Source of the DNA: the human T2T-CHM13v2.0 reference genome, Homo sapiens
DNA length: 64,000 bases
Reading direction: 5' to 3' (one strand)
NCBI RefSeq assembly: GCF_009914755.1
Contig: NC_060927.1
A program made the position numbers and the translations under genes. Each line of letters opens with the position of its first letter. Position 1 is the stretch's first letter. The notes below the pieces were generated by a model, which saw only the letters and a list, made by a program, of their open reading frames with translations, made no database searches and was not told the origin of the DNA. Of the stretch, positions 43,808 to 59,946 are shown piece by piece.

Positions 43808-43907
43808 GGCCAGGCATGGTGGCTCACACCTGTAATCTCAGCACTTTGGGAGGCCAAGGCAGGCGGATCATGAGGTCAAGAGATCGAGACCATCCTGGCT
43901 AACACGG
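43808..43907 (+). mobile_element. First 100 bp of an Alu (AluSc8/Y-like)
   Basis: Ends abruptly at 'gaccatcctggctaacacgg'. Confidence 0.9.
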
Positions 43908-44413
43908 AAAATATACTGAGCTATGTGGCAGTTAATAATCAGGCTATGGGTCAGAAGGAGGCAGTGGTAGTGTGGTCACTCCAGGAAGATGAAATTGTGC
44001 AAAGGATGAGGTATAAGGCTAAAGAAGATGTGTTTGAGGGACTGTAAATTCAGTCAGTGGAGTGTACTGTACGTTTCTGGAGAAGTAGGGGGAAGTGTTG
44101 GAGATGTAGCTAGTCAGGCTTAGCAGAATATTTGGTATGTCCTTGTCGCTATGCTAAGAAGCTTGGCTTTTATCCCTGAGTGTCCATTCAAAGATAATAA
44201 TCTGGTTACTGGGAAGTTACCAAATTAGATTTACATATGAAAAGGTGCATTTTGGCAGCAGCTTGGAAAATGAACTGGAGAGAAAGGCAGACAAGACTGA
44301 TGGCAGGGAGGACAGTTAGCATTCTAGATAAAAGATAATAAGGCCATCCCTAGGGAATGGATCACAAAGGGGCCTGATAGCTATTAAGAAGATTAAATTG
44401 ATAGGATTTGGAA

Positions 44414-45220
44414 AGTGGCGACTGTGAAATGTATCTCTCAGATCTCCTGCACTGTAAGTAAATTAATCAGTGGATCCAGCATCTATTCCACTAGTTCCAC
44501 CACTTCGTTCATAATGAGGCCATGATTCCCATGGGCTGCTTCCAGCCAATGAATGAGCATGGCTGAGAGAGCTAGTGCAGGCCATTCTTGCAGGATACAA
44601 GACTCCCCTGGAATACAAGACTCCTGTAACTAAAGACTTTGGCTTGAGTACTCCCCAGTGGCCTAATTCTTCCTACCCAGTCTTTCTTCTTTCCTGCCAT
44701 AGACTGAATGTTTTTGCCCCCAACTGCAAAATGTATATGTTGATGTCCTATTCTACAATATAATAGGTATTTGGAAGTGGGGTTTGGAGGAGGTGATTTG
44801 GTCATGAAGACAGAGCCCTCATAAATAGGATCAGTGTCCTTATAAAAGAGAACCCCAGAGAGATCCCTTGCCCCTTCTGTCATACGAGGATGCAGTGAGA
44901 AGACAGCCATCTATCTATGAACCAGGAAGAACCAATCTGCTGATTCCTTGTTCTTGAACTCTTCAGTCTTCAGAACTATAAGAAATAAATGTATATTGTG
45001 TATAAGTCACCTAGTCTTATTCTGTTATAGCAGCCCAGACAGACTAAGACACTTCCCCCTTACCTTCAGTTGCCAGAGGTGCATGACAGGCTAAAGCCTC
45101 TTCCTATATACTCTTCTTCCTTTCCCTTCATCCTTCACAGGTGTTTCCCTTGAATAATTTCTTTTACATCTCCACCCATCCTAGTGTCAATGTCTGCTTG
45201 TTAAAGGATCCAAACTAACA
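44414..45220 (+). mobile_element. LTR16-like ERVL LTR interrupted by MLT1A
   Basis: 'gtggcgactgtgaaatgtatctctcagatctcc'; 'tccttcacaggtgtttccc...ggatccaaactaaca'. Confidence 0.65.
44695..45051 (+). mobile_element. MLT1A-like solo LTR
   Basis: 'tgccatagactgaatgttt...gcagcccagacagactaagaca'; TSD tttcc / cttcc. Confidence 0.9.
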
Positions 45221-45469
45221 TAGTACTAATTAGGTTTAGGAAATAAGGACAAGAAAAATTCTAGGAGAAAAAAAAGATTCTAAGAGAACTCTTAGGTTGT
45301 TGTGGGGAACATTCATGAATTCTCATGACAATTACAAGAAGTACGATGAAAGGCTGCGAAAGACAAGGTCACCTTTGTATATATCATCTTTTTAGGATTC
45401 TTAGGCATTCTGGTACAGATTCCAATAGGGAATTGCATATTATGAATACAGAATTTATACGAGAGTTCA

Positions 45470-45887
<418 letters not shown>

Positions 45888-46950
45888 CCCTAGAGGAGTG
45901 CTTCAAGTATAAAACTGGGAAAATTATAGAGGATACAATTAAAGAGGCTGAGAAATGGCTGGAAATATGGGGGAAATACACATGCAAAACACATATAATT
46001 CCCTTCATAGGACAATGAAGGGAAAGGTGTTAGTAAAGACCAGGCCAGTACTCCTGAGAGCCAGTATGTTAGGAAATAAAATAATTCTTTGGGCATCAAG
46101 TATGTTTGGTAGGCCAAGTAAGGGTTGTTTAAGTAAAGTAGTTGTGGACTATACCCAAGTACAAAATGTTTAAGAGGGGATGGAAAGTGAGGAAGCTAGA
46201 CATTGAGAGCAGATTATTTGAAGAACTATGGTCTGGAGGTATGAGAAGAGAAAGGTGCTAGCTGGAGATTCTAAAGAAGTGTTTCTTTTTCTTTTTGAGA
46301 TGGAAGAGACTTGAGTGGGTTCATAGGCAAGCAACAAGGAGCCAGGACTTAGAATGAGAGATGGAGATAGATGGTCTGGAATTTTTCTGAAGAGATAGGA
46401 AGAGATTAGACTAAGAACACAAGTGGTAGGGTTTACCACCAGTGAGTGAGGTCATGGCTTCCCTTCCTCTGAGCCAGGCGGTAGTGGAGACAGATACCTA
46501 AGTTTTTAGGTAAGAAGGGAAAAGTAAGGCTGATTCTATATGGCAGTTTCAATTTCCTCTATGAAGGATAAGGCTGGGAGGGAGGTGGTACTGAAATAGA
46601 AAGGGCTCAAATGCTTTTTGAAAAGGAGGAGATTTAAAATGGAGATGTGGTCCGAGAATGGAAAATTGAAGTTTAGGATTTCAGAGTTTCCTAATGATGA
46701 AAATGGAAGAGCACACAGTAAGTCAGTAGATAAAGAAAGCAGGAGGCATTCATTAATGGCTTGTTCACATGGCCACGAAGCCTCTTTAAGATTCTGAAAT
46801 CAGCATGGAGGAATCAGCATGGAGGAAAACCTTGAGGCAGACCTAAAGCCCTCAGTGATTGTGAGATTGTGACCAAGCTGAAGAAGAAGAGTAAGACAGG
46901 GCTCAAACTGATGGTAGGAGTCTCAAACATAAGTTTCTGCTGGAGGATAA

Positions 46951-48115
<1,165 letters not shown>

Positions 48116-48472
48116 GTTTCATCAGTAAATTACTAAAGCTTATGTGCAACCACTACTATTTGTGAAACAGGATGAATAAATGAGCCATAATGGCTCATTT
48201 TTGACTAAGGTTTAAAACCCAGACTAAAAGGAAACCAAGGCCATCTACTTAAGTCTTTCCCTTAGGCATACACTGTCTTCTCTTTAAAAATGTATTACAA
48301 ACTTGGAGCCCATGAGCCAAATATGGGTTGTGTTTTAATCTGTAAACTATTTTTTATTTGAATTAATTCTCAAACTTAAGAAACAGGGGCTTTTGCATGT
48401 GAAAGAAAAGAAGGATAGAAAGAAGGAAAGAAGTTCAAATATAGCAAAAATTGGCTATGTTGAGTAGGAGCT

Positions 48473-48586
48473 AGGGTGGCCAATTTTCATCTCATTTTTT
48501 CCTGGGAGTTTTCCAGTTTTAGCACTGAGAGTCCTACTTCCTGAAAAACCCCTCAGTTATAGGCAAACCAGGATGGTTGGACATCT
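48473..48586. mobile_element. MER81-like hAT MITE inside an older hAT remnant (approx. 48295-48710, MER102-like)
   Basis: 'agggtggccaa...gttttagcactgagagtcc...ggatggttggacatct'; 8-bp TSD taggagct / taggagca. Confidence 0.75.
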
Positions 48587-50060
48587 TAGGAGCAGGTACT
48601 CTTTTTAGATTGACACATTGTGCTTTGGGGTTCACCAGAATTGCCACCAAGCCAGCATTAATTATCTGGCTAGCCCTTGTGGGTCTCTGAGTTTTCTAGA
48701 TTTTGGCCTATCACTTGAGGGGCTTATTAACAACTAATTTAGTCCTCCCACTCCAAGGCAATACCCACCAGCATGGAAGTGACTGACCTACTTAAAGAAT
48801 CTTAGGGGAACACAGAAAAAAAAAAGAAATCCACATAGGTGAATGCTTATAGAAGGTGAACACTCATAGGCCAACCACAAAGTTTGTCAGCTTCTATCCC
48901 ATGCATTCTTTGTGCTCTAAGGCCCAAGCTCAATAATAGCTTACTTTGATTCCTTGGTTTCTTGTGAGTGGACCTAGTTAGACACTTAGCCTTGGTTTCC
49001 CTATTGTGGTTGGAATCTACTTATATATATCTGGACTGGTTGAGTCTGGTGGCAGTGAGAAAGAAAAAAACGAGAGACACAGATGCAATTAATTGGTTTT
49101 CCTTCGAAAATTTTCCTTCAAAATCTGAGTCTGAAGAATCAGCTTGAAGAGAGAGGACCCAGGGACTATGGTGCTGAGGCTGCCATAGATTGCAGCTCAG
49201 TATGTTGTTGCTGTTGGTGTTGGTCTGACTGCACAGTGCTCCAAGACCTGCCACAAAAGATGCCAGCCTTGGCTTATGAGCCTCAAAAAGAACAGAAAAT
49301 ATGATATGTTAATATTCCAGGAACACCCAGTCCTGGGTAGTCCAAGAAATTCATGGAAGCTACAAACTCTGTATCTTGACTGATCAGTGATTTCGTCCCA
49401 GTCAATTACCATTTTTAAAACATATAAATAAATACTGCACAATGACCTATTATATAGCAAATATCATATATCCAGAATCGTTTGATGTGAAAATCTGGGC
49501 TGTTATTAAATACATTAAATGTTACAGTATTTCAATTGAACAGAGGTCCTCCAGGGTTAAGAAATGTGTGATATTTTAAAGATACCTCAGAACTTTCTCT
49601 GAAGTATAAGTGTGAGTGCTACTTATTAATAATAAAGTCTTATCAATTTTATAAGTAATAATTCAGATTAAACAACAGTTGCTACAGGTAAAGTCAAAAT
49701 ATCAAGGGGAGTGGTAATGAAATATTAATAGTAGTGTGCAAATGTTGGCATGGCTAGGTAATTGCTGTAATACGCCCTCCTGCTTCCCTAATTCAAAGAT
49801 CTTGAGAAAGCAGGCTTGGCTGTGTTTATTACCCATAGCCCTCCAGCTGTCAGCAAGTCTCCCTGGGCACTTCCAAGACACCTGCCACTTTGGCACCAAT
49901 GCTGAAGCACTAGACATCGGTTTTTTTGTTAGGAAAGAAACTGAGATGCCATAGTTTTATAGAGGATTTATTAAGGCTAAGCAGGTGGTTTACTCTATCA
50001 AGGGAACACATGAGAGGATAATATAGGAAAACAGAATGAATAGTCAGACTTATTCCATAA

Positions 50061-50408
<348 letters not shown>

Positions 50409-52021
50409 CCATATCTTTCTTAAAGCAGATTATCACCTAAGCAAATGACAGGTAATATATTAATATTTGTTGAATTAATATATTAAATAAATTATTAAAC
50501 CTTTGGTCAAGTTTTAAGTTTCTGGAACCAATAATGGCTTTAATAATTAAACTAGTTTGAGGGATGAAAAAGCTAGAGTTGGTAGAGCTGTCTTATTGGA
50601 ACAATTAGTTTTCTGCTTTCTGTCATAACAAAAAGTCTAGTCACTAAATTTATTGTTCTTATAATATATTCAAAGTACACACTTTTCTCTTTAATATTAA
50701 TTTGCTAATTTAATATCTAGTATTGGTTGTGCTTTCCTTCAGTATTTCCTCATTTCTTATAATGCCAATATTGTTAATGGGCGATGAAGACTACATGAAA
50801 TAGCATCAAAATGACACTAACTAGTAGAATAAATAGAAAATGGAGTAGATGAGACTCAATAGAAATTACCTTAATAAATAGAATGTCACCTTAATAAATA
50901 GGAAGTAAATCTAGGAAGAATAGCACTGAGAAAAGAGTCTAGGATTAAGTGACTGGGAAAAATATAGTTTAATCAGTGGTACTAAAATATATCTGTCCAA
51001 TCCATGTCCCATTCTTGCTGGCAGCAACAGGCCCTTCCACTTGCACTGGTGGCACTTAGGAGGTCTGGTGTCCCTTGGCCCTCCATCCAGTGGCAGAAGG
51101 TAACTCAGGGCCACTATCTTCAGGCCCACCATCCAATACAGAGAGCCATCCAGACTCAGTGATTTCCAGCTCTCCACCCAACAGCAGAATAAAACCTAGG
51201 CCAGGCATTTCCTGGCTCTCTACCCAATGACAGAAGGCAATCAAATCCTGTGTTTTCTTGCCCTCCACCTGGCAACAGAAAATGATCTAGGATAGCCTTC
51301 CACTCAACAGCAAAAGGCAACCCAGAACCCACAGCTCCAGGTACTCCTGGCCCTGCACCCAGTGATAGAAGGCATCCTAGACAGGTGCTTTTGTCTCCCA
51401 GTGGCACTGTTGAGATAGAGTAGAAAGCCTGCCAGAACTGGATGGCTACAGGATGGGCCAGGAGTATTGCTCTCCATCTCTGAGGCCAATATGGAAAGGA
51501 ATCAGATTTTGGAGATTGATGAAAACTATTTTAAAGCAGCCACCATAAAATTGTTTCAATGAGAAATCAAAACTCCCTGGAAACAAATGAAAAATAAAAA
51601 ATCTTGCAAAGAAATCAAATTAAATATATAAAAAAGACTCAAATGGAAATTATATAACTGAAAAATACAAAAAAACAAAAACAAAAATCTCACTGGATAG
51701 GCTCCATAGTAGAATGGAGATGACAGTAGAAAGAATCAGTTAACTTTAGGACAAATCAATAAAACATTTTCAATTTGAACAACAGAGAACAAATAGATTT
51801 GAAAAAACATATTAACAGAGCCTCAGATAATAGGGGACAATAATAAAAAAATCTAAATTGTTATTATCTGAGTCTGAGGGAGAAGACAGAAAAAGTAGGG
51901 TTGAAAAAGTAATTGATGAAATAATAACTGAAAACTTACCAAATTTGATAGAAGACATGAACTTAAAGATTCAATGAGCTGAGCTAATCTTAAATAGGAT
52001 GAAATGAAAGAAATGCATGCG

Positions 52022-52415
<394 letters not shown>

Positions 52416-53131
52416 TTAGATATAGGGAAGCACCAACTTAAATGACAGTAAATTTCTCGTCAGAACCCATGGAGTCAGAAGAAAGTGGCCCAAATTTTTG
52501 TGCTGAATGAAAAGAACTCACAACCTGGAGGGTTTTTTTTAATCTATCTTTCAGAAATAAAGACATTCTCAAAGAAGATAAAGAATTCATAAGACGTGAC
52601 TGTATTCTTCTTTCTCCTCATGAATTTCTTAAATTATATTTGTTGCCTGGAGCAAAAATTTTAATGCCATTTGTCACAGTGTTCACTGTGCATATAAATG
52701 CTTGAAAATTATACAGTGATGCACTGCATAACAACATTTTGGCCAATGATGAACCAGATATATAACAGTGGTCCCATAAGATTATAATACAGCTGGAAAC
52801 TTCCTATGACCTACTGACACTGCAGCTGTTGTAACATCATAGTGCAACACATTACTCATGAGTTTGTGGTGATGCTGGTATTGACAAACCTGCTGCACTG
52901 CCAGTTATATGAAAGTAGAGCCCATACAATTATGTACGATACATAATACTTGATAATGATAATATATGACTGTGTTACCACTTTCTGTATTTAATATACT
53001 ATACATTTTATCTTTATTTTTAGAGTGTAGTTCCTCTACTTATTAAAAAACAATAGTTAACTGTAAAACAGCCTCAGGTAGTTCTTTCAGGAGGTATTCC
53101 AGAAGAAGGCATTATTATCATGACAGCTCCA

Positions 53132-53500
53132 GGCCAGGCATATTTTGGAGACTGAGGCGGGTGGATCACCTGAGGTCAGGAGCTCGAGACCAGCCTGATT
53201 AACATGGTGAAACCCCATCTCGACTAAAAATACAAAAATTACCCGGGTGTTGTGGCACATGCCTGTAATCCCAGCTACTTGGGAGGCTGAGGCAGGAGAA
53301 TCTCTTGAGCCTGGGAGGCAGAGGTTGCTTGGACTCCAGCCTGGGCAACAGGAGCAAAACTCTGTCTCAAAAAAAAAAGAAGAAGAAGAAGAAGTGGAAG
53401 AAGAGGAAGAAGAAGAAGAAAGAAGAAAGAAGAAAGAAGAAAGAAGAAGCAGAAGCAGAAGCAGAAGTAGAAGCAAAAGAAGAAGAAAAAGAAGAAGAAG
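53132..53500 (+). mobile_element. Alu (AluSp/Sq-like) with two internal deletions and GAA-rich tail
   Basis: Deletions after 'ggccaggcat' and 'gaggttgc'; tail 53369-53500. Confidence 0.9.
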
Positions 53501-53634
53501 GCGGCTCCATGCTTGTCATTGTCTCTGAAGACCTTCCTGTGGCACAAGATATGGAGTTGGAAGACATTGATATTGATTACCTTGACCTTGTGTAGACCTA
53601 GGAAAAACATGTGTGTTTGTGTCTTAGCTTTTAA

Positions 53635-53735
53635 ATTTAAGTTTTTCTTTTTTGTAGAGATGGGGCCTCACTAAGGTACCCAGGCTGGTCTTGAACTCCT
53701 AGTCTCAAGTAATCCTCCTGCCTCAGCCTCCCAAA
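53635..53735 (-). mobile_element. Truncated FLAM/AluJ monomer in Tigger3b
   Basis: 11-bp TSD ttagcttttaa (53624-53634, 53736-53746). Confidence 0.85.
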
Positions 53736-55255
53736 TTAGCTTTTAACATAAATTTTAAAAAGTAAAAAAAAAAGAAAAGAAAGGAAAAGAAAAAGCTTAC
53801 CGAATGATATAAAGAAAAAATATTTTTGCATAGCTGTACAATGTGTATTTTAAGCGAAGTCTATTATTTAAAAAGTCAAAAAGTTTAAAAATTTTAAAGT
53901 TTATACAGTTTATAAGGTAAAATGTTACAGTAAGCTAAGGTTAATTTATTATTGAAGAAAAAATAATTGTTATAAATTTAGTGTAGCCTAAATGTACAGT
54001 GTTGATAAAGTCTTACAGTAGTTTAAAGAATGTCCTAGGCCTTCACATTCAATCATCACTCACTCACTGACTCGCCTATAGCAACTTTCAATCCTGGAAG
54101 TTCCATTCGTGGTAAATGCCATATACACGTGTGCCACTTAAAAATCTTTTATGCTATATTTTTACTGTACCTTTCCTATGCTTAAGTATGGTTAGATATA
54201 CAAATACCACTATGTTAAAATTGTCATCAGTATTCAGTACATTAACACACTGTACAGGGTTGTAGCCCAGGAGCAATGGGCTATACCATATATCCTAGGT
54301 GTGTAGTAGGCTGTGCCATCTAGGTTTGTGTAAGTACACTCTATAATGTTCACACAAGATGAAATCACCTAGTGATTCATTTCTTATAATTTTTCTCTGT
54401 TATTAAGTGACACATGACTGTATTTAATAAATGGAGAGGGTAAAGTGTTTAAATGAGAGTAAACTTTTGATGCTTCACTAGAAGTGGTAAAATTTTGATA
54501 CCAGTACATCATGATAAGCTATGTATGTATACTGTAATATGTTCATGAACCACTGAGAAAACTCTACAAGTGATATTCTGAAAAACATAAATAAAACAAG
54601 AAAGAATTCTAAAACTTTTAAAAATAATCCATGGTAAGACAAGAAGAGAGAAACAAAGGAACACAAACCAGAGGAAACAGAAAACAAATAATAAAATGCC
54701 AGATTTAAGCCCTATAATATCAATAATTAAGTGTAAATTGACTAAATTGATAGAAACTAATTGGAAGAGATTGGAAGACTGAATTTAAAAAAATAACCCA
54801 ACTATACAATATCTACAAAAACTCATTTCAAACATAACAAGGTAAGCTGGTTGAAACTAAAAGAATGAAAAAGATATTATGCCACCATTAATAAAAAATA
54901 GAGACTATATTAACACCAAACAAAGTAGATCTCAGAGTGAAAAAAATTACACAGAGTGAAAGAAGGAGATCAACTGTAGGATCAATCCGCCAGGAAACAT
55001 AGCACTAAACAGAGCTTGCCCGTGGAGCATTAATCAACATAGACCATATTCTGGGTCATAAACCAAACCTCAACCAATTTAAATAAATAAAATCATAAGG
55101 AGCACATTATCTGACAATAATAGAATCAAACTAGACATGAATAACAGAAAGACAATGGAAAAATCTTCAAACACTTGGAAATTAAACAATGTGCTTCTAC
55201 ACAATCCATAGATCAAAGAGAAAGTCCCAAAGTAAATTTAAAAATACATAGACCT

Positions 55256-55593
<338 letters not shown>

Positions 55594-56380
55594 TCAAAAT
55601 TTGCTGGATGCAGCTAAATCAGTGCTGAGAGGGAAATATATAGCATTAAATCCTTACTTTAAAAAAGAAGAAAGCTATCCAGACAACTCAAGTATCTATC
55701 CTCTAGAGTAAAATACGTTTATGATTTAAAATGACTTCTAGGCTTATGTTCACAGAGTGAGCAACAAAGTTCTAGGCTGGCAAATTTTGTATTCAGTTGA
55801 AACAGATTCAAAGAACAGTGAGAGATTAAAACAAAAATTTGTCAAGATTGAAATCCAGATGTCATGTTTATCCAGCTGGGTAACTACATGGTAACTTTAT
55901 TTTAAAATCCATCATAGGTACTTTACAGATAATTTCCAAAAATGTGGATTAGTATATAAAAATCACTTAGCTCCAATCCCTAAATATAATTGCTTTGGAA
56001 ATTTATTCTTCTGAATTTTTTGTGTGTATGTATTTTTGTTTATCTGTTAATTGAAATGTTTATGTCTGTGGAAGTTTCTATGCTATTTATGCTATTTTAT
56101 GAGCTACTTTTTCTCCTTTAAAATATGATATGAATAGTTTTCTATGTTATTAGGCCTAGGCATTCCTCCATAACAGATTTATGATGATGTAATATTTATT
56201 TAATGAAGACTAATATTTAGCTAGCTTCTTATTATGAACATTTTAGTTCTTTCCAGTTTTTGTTTTTGTTGTTTTTATAACCATCACACTATCCTGAACA
56301 TCATTATGACTATATCTTGAATCAGAGACAAGATGATTTCTTTGGTTAAATTCCTAGATATAAAAGTTCTTCTCTTTCTT

Positions 56381-56524
56381 TTTTTTTTTAATTTTTTAAT
56401 GTTTTTTATTATACTTTAAGTTTTAGGGTACATGTGCACATTGTGCAGGTTAGTTACATATGTATACATGTGCCATGCTGGTGCGCTGCACCCACTAACT
56501 CGTCATCTAGCATTAGGTATATCT
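56381..56524 (-). mobile_element. Young 5'-truncated L1 (L1PA2-like) 3' end
   Basis: Sense strand 'gctagatgacGAGttagtgggtgcagcgcaccagcatggcac...aaaacttaaagtataat' plus polyA; TSD tctttctt. Confidence 0.92.
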
Positions 56525-57110
56525 TTCTTATTTCAACAAATGCTCTGAAACGCCATAGCCAAAACCTTATTTTTTATATCTATTGTCCTTGAGATTAATA
56601 ATTAACTTTTATAAGAAAAGTAATAAGTTTTCATTCTGCCTTAGAGTATAGGTACCAAATAACTGAATATGTGTTTTGGATATAACCTAAGGTTCAGATA
56701 AAAATAAATAATATGACCATTTTCAAAGGTATGAAACCAGCTAGTTTTCACAACACATGATCAACCTGTTGTCTACAGTGGCTTCTGGGGATTTTTAAGA
56801 GATTTAATAAATATTCTAAATAAATCAACAATAGTATTTTCAGACTTGTACCCTTTAAGGATAGTTGAAGAAACCAGAAGGTAGTGAGAATATGTAATTT
56901 GATTGTTCAAATATGTGCAAAAGATTGTTCTAATATGTGAAAAATCTTTCTAAAACCAAGGAATTTTTTAAATTGCTATAATTAAAGTGAGTTTTCAAAG
57001 GGATTAGGTGAAGGAATATTTTAACTTGGAGTCTTCAAGTAATTTAATAAAAAGTTGATTTTTTCCCTAAATAATACAGGAAATTGCCTTGTTTCTTAGT
57101 TATAAACATT

Positions 57111-58367
57111 TTCTCAATAAATAGTGCTGGGATAACTGGCTAGTCATATGCAAAAGAATGAAACTAGACCCCTACCTCTAACCATATACCCAAATTAACT
57201 CAAGGTGGAGTAAAGATTTAGATGTAAGAACTCAAACATAAAAATCCTATAAGAAAACTTAGGAAATGCCCTTCTTGCCGTAGGTTTTGGCAAAGAATTT
57301 ATAGCTAAATCTCTAAAAGCAATTGCAACAAAAACAAAAATGGACAAATGGGACCTAATTAAACTAAAGAGCTTCTGCACAGCAGAGGAAATCCCCAACA
57401 TAGTAAATAGAGAGCCTACAGAATGGGAGAAAATATCTGCAAACTATGCATCTGACAGAGGGCTAATAATATCCAGAATCTATAAGGAACTTAATGAATT
57501 AATAAGCAAAAAACCAAAACACCAAATTAAAAATGGGCAAAGAAAACGACAGACACTTCTCAAAAGAAGAAAACAAAGCAGCCAACAAACATTTGAAAAA
57601 ATGCTCATCACTAATCATCAGAGAAATGCAAATCACAATGAAATACCATCTCACACAAGTTAGAATGGCAATTATTAACAAATCAGAAAACAATAGATAC
57701 TAGTGAGGCTGCAGAGAAAATGGAATACTTACATGCTATTGGTAGGCATGAAAACTAGTTCAGCCACTGTGGAAAGCAGTTTGGATATTTCTCAAAGAAC
57801 TTAAAATAGAACTACGGATTGACCTAGCAATCCCATTACTGGGTATAGACCCAAAGGAAAATAATTCATTCTGTCAAAGAGATACATGCACTCATATGTT
57901 CGTGCAGCACTATTCACAATCGTAAAAACATGGAATCAATCTAGGTGCCCATTAACAGTGGATTACATAAGAAAATGTGGCACATATACACAATGGAATA
58001 CTACACAGCCATGAAAAGAATGAAATCATGTCCTTTGCAGCAACATGGATGCAGCTGGAGGCCATTATCCTAAGTAAACTAACACAAGAAGAGAAAACCA
58101 AAAACTACATGTTTTCACTTGTAAGTGGAAGCTAAGCATTGAATACGCTTGAACATAAAGATGAGAGCAATAGACACTGGGGACTCCTAGACAGGGGAGG
58201 GAAGGAGGCGAATGTGGGTTAAAGAACCACCTGTTCTGTACTATACTTACTGCCTGGGTGGTGTGATCAGTGGGACTTCAAGCCTCAGTGACATGCAATT
58301 TACCCATGTAACAAACCTGTACATTTACCTTTTAATCTATAATAACAGTTGAAATTATTTTTAAAAT
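57111..58367 (+). mobile_element. L1 3' portion (L1PA16/L1PB-like)
   Basis: ORF 57340-57663 [14 protein letters not shown] is L1 ORF2; 3' UTR 'tacccatgtaacaaacctg'. Confidence 0.92.
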
Positions 58368-58846
58368 TCTTATAACACTTTTTTTTATCTTTCTCTGTTA
58401 AAAGTTCATTTTCCATATATAAGTTAATGGGGGGATTAATAGAAGAAAGGACTCCATTGTTACAGATAGTATCTTCTGGAATTTTTTTAAGTAATCATAT
58501 TTGCAAACTAAGAATTGCAAGGTCTAGAGAAAGGTTGACTATATATTAGTGAAACTGAAAAGGTTCGAAGATGGTAACAGATAATTTTAAAAGATTGGTC
58601 AGTAACAAATACCAACTAAAATAAAACCCAATATTGTAGGCCTAAATAGGTGTGATTGAAAGTCCATGATAACAAATAAAATGTTTTTTTAACTTTTATA
58701 TAATCAACAGACTTTAAAACCCAGCTGAAAAGTGTTTTAAGAAGCATTTAACTACACTGTATTTCAATACAAATAAACTGTACAAACCATATAGCCTCTG
58801 TTTTCCAGTTCAAATTCACACACTTACTAAATATAGGGCACCATGA

Positions 58847-59217
<371 letters not shown>

Positions 59218-59907
59218 TTCTTATTCTTTTATTACAACAGAAGAAACTGATGCTCAGAGAATTTGCATGACATGCTCGGAATCACATTGTTACTAAAGTA
59301 ATCAATCAAAAGCAGACAGGCCATTTCCAGAGCATAAACTTATTCATCTCTTGGAAGAGCTAACACTCTTGATTTGTAAAATAATCTACAATTTTATTGA
59401 GTGTTCATCAACCCTTTACTATGTAATAACATCTAGTTCTAATGAGTAATAATTAAGGAATTATAAAAGTAAGTTTTCAAGTATAGATGAAAGTGATTTG
59501 TTTTTAATTTAGGGAAGGGAAAAATGGTGCTAAGTAATAGCACTGGAAATCAATAAAACATTATTCAAAGAATATTACTTCTGTTCTCAATAAGAACTAA
59601 AGAAAGTAGAGTTAATCCTGCAGTCTGTGAGTTTATCTTTAAATGTGAGAGAAAGAGAAACCTTAATTATCAAAATATTCCTCACATTAATCTTGGAAAG
59701 TGATTTAGAGTACACCTCAGTGAGCCACTGAGCCAGCACCCAGCTCTTCTGACCGTGCCCAGGATTATCTACATTTTGTCATGCTATAATTTGAAGTTGA
59801 AATACATGATTTCTCAAGGTCCCCCCATCATGCCCAAATTGTACAATCTATTACTTGTATAAACATACAGAGTATCTGCCAGCTTTAATAAGACGTAGGG
59901 AAATAAT

Positions 59908-59946
59908 ACACACACACAAACACACACACACACACACACACACACA
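59908..59946. repeat. (CA)n microsatellite, one interruption
   Basis: Read directly. Confidence 0.95.

Larger units (their letters stand above)
52714..54420 (+). mobile_element. Tigger3b (MER7/Golem) DNA transposon
   Basis: Ends cagtgatgcactgcataac / ttaagtgacacatgactg, both flanked by TA; 'ggtcccataagattataat'. Confidence 0.9.

Noticed and set aside
53087-53610. Overlapping ORFs with poly-E/K/R/S/F tracts
   Set aside because: Translations of an Alu and its GAA tail.
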